From the NCBI GenBank assembly GCA_041690035.1, contig JBDNFC010000060.1, positions 12,503-76,502 on the forward strand: DNA of 64,000 nt. The letters are read 5' to 3'. A model generated the notes under the pieces. It was not told the origin of the DNA. It saw only the letters and a list, made by a program, of their open reading frames with translations, and made no database searches. Positions 60,395 through 64,000 of this stretch are shown here, piece after piece (the stretch's first letter is position 1; every line of letters begins with the position of its first letter). The translations under genes were made by a program, and so were the position numbers. The stretch is from Bacteroidia bacterium. GTDB lineage: Bacteria; Bacteroidota; Bacteroidia; NS11-12g; UBA955.

Positions 60395-62605
60395 ATGAGC
60401 GCCAATAATAATTATATATTTAAGAAACTTAAAAAAGAAACAGCAGGCATTTTTATAGGACTATTGTTTTTAATATCAGTAACTAAGGTAGGTGCCCAAC
60501 CAAAATTACCTAATTTAGAAATTGGTGTGGCAGCCGACAAAACAGCTATAGCAAAAGGCGATATTATAATTGTAAGCATTACTGCCTCAGTGCCAAAGGG
60601 ATGTTATGTATATTCTACCAATATAAAATGCGAAGTAGGACCTCTTCCCCCAAATTTAACAATTACAAATATTGGAGGATTTGAGAAAGTGGGTGAGATG
60701 TATTCGGAAGGAGATAAAAGCATGATGGATGAAATTTTTGAATGTGAGGTTTCAAAATTTACTAAAACCGTTTTGATAAAGCAAAAGTTTAAAGTAATTA
60801 AACCCAGCGATGCACTTTCAGGTATAATAGAAGTGCAAATGTGCAGTGATGAGATAGGAGTTTGCCTGCCAAGAGAAAAAAAATTTACACTAAATTTTAC
60901 AAATAAAGATGGCTCTGAAGCTCCAATAATTATAAAAGAAGTAATTATCCCCAAAGAAAAAGAAAAATCGGATGATAACCCTGCGCCTATAGCAGATTCT
61001 GCAACCAAACAAGTTCAAGACACAAACATATTGCCAACAAATGGAGCAATTTACCTAAACGAAAAATCTTATGTTTCTAAAACACCAAGTGATATAGGTA
61101 CTTGCAGCGATCACCAAAAAAGCTATGAAGGTTCTACAATTTTAGATGATTTTAATAAAGGAGGCCTTTGGGGGCTTTTCCTTCTTGCCTTTATTGCTGG
61201 GTTGGCAGCATTAATCACACCATGTGTTTTTCCTATGATACCCATGACTGTAACCTATTTTTTAAAAAAAAGTAAATCAAAAAGTGGGGCAATTTTCAAT
61301 GCCCTTTTATTTGGCTTGTTTATCATCATTGTATACGAAATACTGGGATTAATTTTTGCTGTGGCATTCGGTCCAGAAACAGTAAATTACATCGCCACAG
61401 CTGCTTTGCCAAACATTATATTCTTTGCTATATTTTTGCTTTTTGCTTTTTCTTTTTTTGGTGCTTTTGAGCTCACGCTGCCCGCTTCGCTAACTACTAA
61501 ATTGGATCAAAAAGCAGATAAAGGAGGATATTTAGGAATTTTTTTTATGGCATTGACCCTTGCTGTTGTAAGTTTTTCGTGCACTGGCCCAATAGTCGCC
61601 ACTGTATTGGTGCAAAGTGCAGATGGTCAATTTATCAAACCCCTTATTGCAATGGGTGGTTTTGCATTGGCATTTGCGCTCCCATTTACACTTGCAGCTA
61701 TATTTCCATCATTGCTCAATGCAATGCCAAAATCTGGCGGCTGGCTAAATAGTGTAAAAGTATGCTTAGGATTTGTAGAAATAGCATTTGGACTAAAATT
61801 TTTAAGTATTGCAGATCAAACCTATCATTGGGGTATATTAGACAGGGAAATATACCTAGGTATATGGATTGTTTTATTTGCGCTCATGGGCATTTATTTA
61901 CTTGGGAAAATAAAATTTGCACATGATAGTGATTTAAAATTTCTTAGTATCCCACGGCTTTTATTTACCATACTTACTTTTACATTTGTCTTATACCTAA
62001 TACCTGGTCTTTGGGGTGCACCGCTAAAAGGACTAAGTGGGTATTTGCCACCGATGAGCACACAAGACTTTGTGCTTGGAAAAACAGAAAATAAAGAAGG
62101 CAATATTTTAGAAACCCCTTTATATGGCAATCAATTAGAAATTCCACATGGCTTGCAAGGCTATTTTGATTATGACCAAGCACTTTCCAATGCTGCAAAA
62201 TTAAACAAACCTTTGTTTTTAGATTTTACGGGACATGGCTGTGTAAATTGCAGAAAAATGGAAGAAAATGTATGGAACGACCCTCGCATTTTAGACATAT
62301 TGCGAAAAGAATATGTGGTGGTGTCTCTTTATGTGGATGATAAAGTGATACAATTGCCAAAAGAAGAATATTTTATTAGCAAAGTAACAGGTGATTTAGT
62401 AACCACCTTAGGTAAAAAAAATGCAACGATTCAGCAATGCCTTTATGGCATACTTGCTCAGCCACAGTATATTGTGATAGATAATCAAGAAAATTTACTT
62501 AATAGTCCTACCTATTCTGATTTTACAGAAAAGGCCCAAGATAATTTTTATGATTTTCTAAAAAAAGGGGTTCTCAATTATAAAAAAAGCGGTAGTGGTA
62601 AATAA
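60395..62605 (+). CDS. dsbD: Thiol:disulfide interchange protein DsbD
   Basis: It has an N-terminal periplasmic domain. The membrane core carries CVFPMIP and SCTGP, and the C-terminus has a thioredoxin CxxC (GHGCVNC). Confidence 0.85.
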   Translation: MSANNNYIFKKLKKETAGIFIGLLFLISVTKVGAQPKLPNLEIGVAADKTAIAKGDIIIVSITASVPKGCYVYSTNIKCEVGPLPPNLTITNIGGFEKVGEMYSEGDKSMMDEIFECEVSKFTKTVLIKQKFKVIKPSDALSGIIEVQMCSDEIGVCLPREKKFTLNFTNKDGSEAPIIIKEVIIPKEKEKSDDNPAPIADSATKQVQDTNILPTNGAIYLNEKSYVSKTPSDIGTCSDHQKSYEGSTILDDFNKGGLWGLFLLAFIAGLAALITPCVFPMIPMTVTYFLKKSKSKSGAIFNALLFGLFIIIVYEILGLIFAVAFGPETVNYIATAALPNIIFFAIFLLFAFSFFGAFELTLPASLTTKLDQKADKGGYLGIFFMALTLAVVSFSCTGPIVATVLVQSADGQFIKPLIAMGGFALAFALPFTLAAIFPSLLNAMPKSGGWLNSVKVCLGFVEIAFGLKFLSIADQTYHWGILDREIYLGIWIVLFALMGIYLLGKIKFAHDSDLKFLSIPRLLFTILTFTFVLYLIPGLWGAPLKGLSGYLPPMSTQDFVLGKTENKEGNILETPLYGNQLEIPHGLQGYFDYDQALSNAAKLNKPLFLDFTGHGCVNCRKMEENVWNDPRILDILRKEYVVVSLYVDDKVIQLPKEEYFISKVTGDLVTTLGKKNATIQQCLYGILAQPQYIVIDNQENLLNSPTYSDFTEKAQDNFYDFLKKGVLNYKKSGSGK

Positions 62606-62785
62606 TTTTATATTTCTGCTTCGTTATTAAATACTGTAATTAACTGAAATAATGCTTTAAGCAATAAACTTTAATTTTGATTGTAATATATAAAATTGCA
62701 AAGGTGTTTTTAATCTAGATTACATATTTATCCAATTCCATTTCGCAAATTAGAATAGGGCAAGCAATACAGCAAATATGATTAG

Positions 62786-63187
62786 GTGACAGTTGACCTT
62801 GAAAGAAATACCTCTGATTTTAAGTTAGAAAGTCTTAAACCAAAATCCATAGAAGCTAATTTTAAAATTGTTGGGATTATAGATACAAGTAAAGATAGGA
62901 GTTGGAAAGAGCACAAAGCCATCTTTCTGCAAAATGTATTTACCAATATGTCGACACTTATTGCTCAAGCGAAAGACAAGACGAAATTTACCTCGCTTTC
63001 GGTTTTAAAGCCAACAGAAATTTCGGATTTTACAATTGAAAAAATGGCGCGAGAATGGGTTAAGAAAAAACTAGACAAACTACAAGCCAAGGCACAACAA
63101 CTAAATCTTTTTAAAAAAACTGAAAATCCTTTTGTAATTATTGGAATATTTCATCCTAAAAAATTGACCCAGATTACCTTGTTTTAA
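62786..63187 (+). CDS. Hypothetical protein with a GTG start
   Basis: The 133-aa ORF has no recognisable motif. Confidence 0.3.
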   Translation: MTVDLERNTSDFKLESLKPKSIEANFKIVGIIDTSKDRSWKEHKAIFLQNVFTNMSTLIAQAKDKTKFTSLSVLKPTEISDFTIEKMAREWVKKKLDKLQAKAQQLNLFKKTENPFVIIGIFHPKKLTQITLF

Positions 63188-63465
63188 AAGGCCCAATTTT
63201 TTAAAGAATAGTTAGCTTTGTTGGTCCTAAATTTTGCACCTATTTTCTTCTTTTTCTAAACATAACATCTCTTTTACGATTGTTTTTATTGGAAAATTTA
63301 TACAACGCGCTACGAATAGCAGATTTGCTATAATAAAATCCCTATCCAACCGCCTTTAAATACTGGTTTTGCGCAACATTTGAATATTCTAAGGTCTAAT
63401 GCAACAATTGTTTACTTTTTGTGTCTTATATTTGTACTCATTTTAATTAAAACAAAGTCCATAAT

Positions 63466-64000
63466 ATGTATAAAAAATTACTTCTTTTCACATCACTCAT
63501 TTCTCTCAGTTTTTGCAATATTATTTATGCTCAGGTTATTGAGTTAAAAACAGGAACATTTAACCTTCAAAATCAACCAACTAGCCTTTTGGCAGAAAAC
63601 AATGAGCAAGCCGTTTATGATAATACATTCTATGGCTTAGTAGTTGCCAAGGAAAAAGTAAACATTCCAGAAGGAGCTATTATCTCTTGGTTGTCTAAAG
63701 ACGTTGCTCTCATTCACCTTTCTTTGCCACAGGCTTTACAAAGCAAAAATCCGCTTTATACTTTTATGCCCGAATGGAAATTAGCACCAATGACAATGGA
63801 TTCACTTTCTACAAAAAGTATATTAAATCTGCGTATTAACCTTTATCAATACACCGAAAAAATAGCCCAAGAAATAAAAAAATATGGAAAAGCAGGTCAA
63901 TATGATGCGTTAAACAAAAGCATACCTATTCAAATAAAATCAGATTCTGTTTTGGAACTAATGCGTAAACCATTTGTGTTTTGGGCAGAATTTGAAGCAC
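63466..64000 (+). CDS. Secreted hypothetical protein, 5' partial that runs off the right edge
   Basis: ATG at 63466 gives a signal peptide, MYKKLLLFTSLISLSFCNIIYAQ. The frame stays open through 64000, and the ORF is not in the track because no stop lies in-window. Confidence 0.5.
   Translation, partial: MYKKLLLFTSLISLSFCNIIYAQVIELKTGTFNLQNQPTSLLAENNEQAVYDNTFYGLVVAKEKVNIPEGAIISWLSKDVALIHLSLPQALQSKNPLYTFMPEWKLAPMTMDSLSTKSILNLRINLYQYTEKIAQEIKKYGKAGQYDALNKSIPIQIKSDSVLELMRKPFVFWAEFEA

Noticed and set aside
1-64000. CRISPR arrays, IS elements, transposases or integrases
   Set aside because: No spaced direct-repeat arrays and no DDE or tyrosine-recombinase-like translations were found on either strand.

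Overview
The window reads as a chromosomal segment of an AT-rich Bacteroidota genome. T9SS type A and type B C-terminal sorting domains, a PorU-like C25 peptidase, a split metH, ECF sigma factors, 7TM-DISM kinases and lipobox lipoproteins all point that way. Coding density is high, with about 58 CDS called. Most are recognisable housekeeping genes: the purS-yceD-rpmF-plsX-fabH-accB-accC-accA lipid/ribosomal cluster, der, era, sucD, pyrH, rlmD, nth, metH, mazG and dsbD. They are interleaved with cell-surface and secreted cargo: an LRR lipoprotein, giant PKD and MORN-repeat proteins, and a 1712-aa C25/PorU-like protein. No transposase, integrase, CRISPR array, rRNA or tRNA was recognised. Six things deserve a second look. 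(1) A four-gene operon of an E1/ThiF-like enzyme, a GNAT/autoinducer-synthase-like protein, a 7TM-DISM histidine kinase and a hybrid REC-kinase (43009-48023). It resembles a signal-synthase plus sensor, LuxM/LuxN-like, quorum-sensing module that has not been described in this phylum. (2) An operon of an ECF sigma factor, a membrane anti-sigma-like protein that unexpectedly carries a T9SS type B C-terminal domain, and a 1744-aa PKD-repeat T9SS cargo, with no PorP/SprF partner nearby. (3) A disulfide-focused island: two tandem Cys-rich mini-lipoprotein paralogs, a MauE-thioredoxin fusion, and DsbD. (4) A decayed roughly 1.85-kb pseudogene of a secreted repeat protein. (5) A 370-bp palindrome-rich intergenic element. 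(6) An M16 peptidase gene at the left edge that the ORF track missed. All calls rest on motif recognition by eye; no database searches were run.
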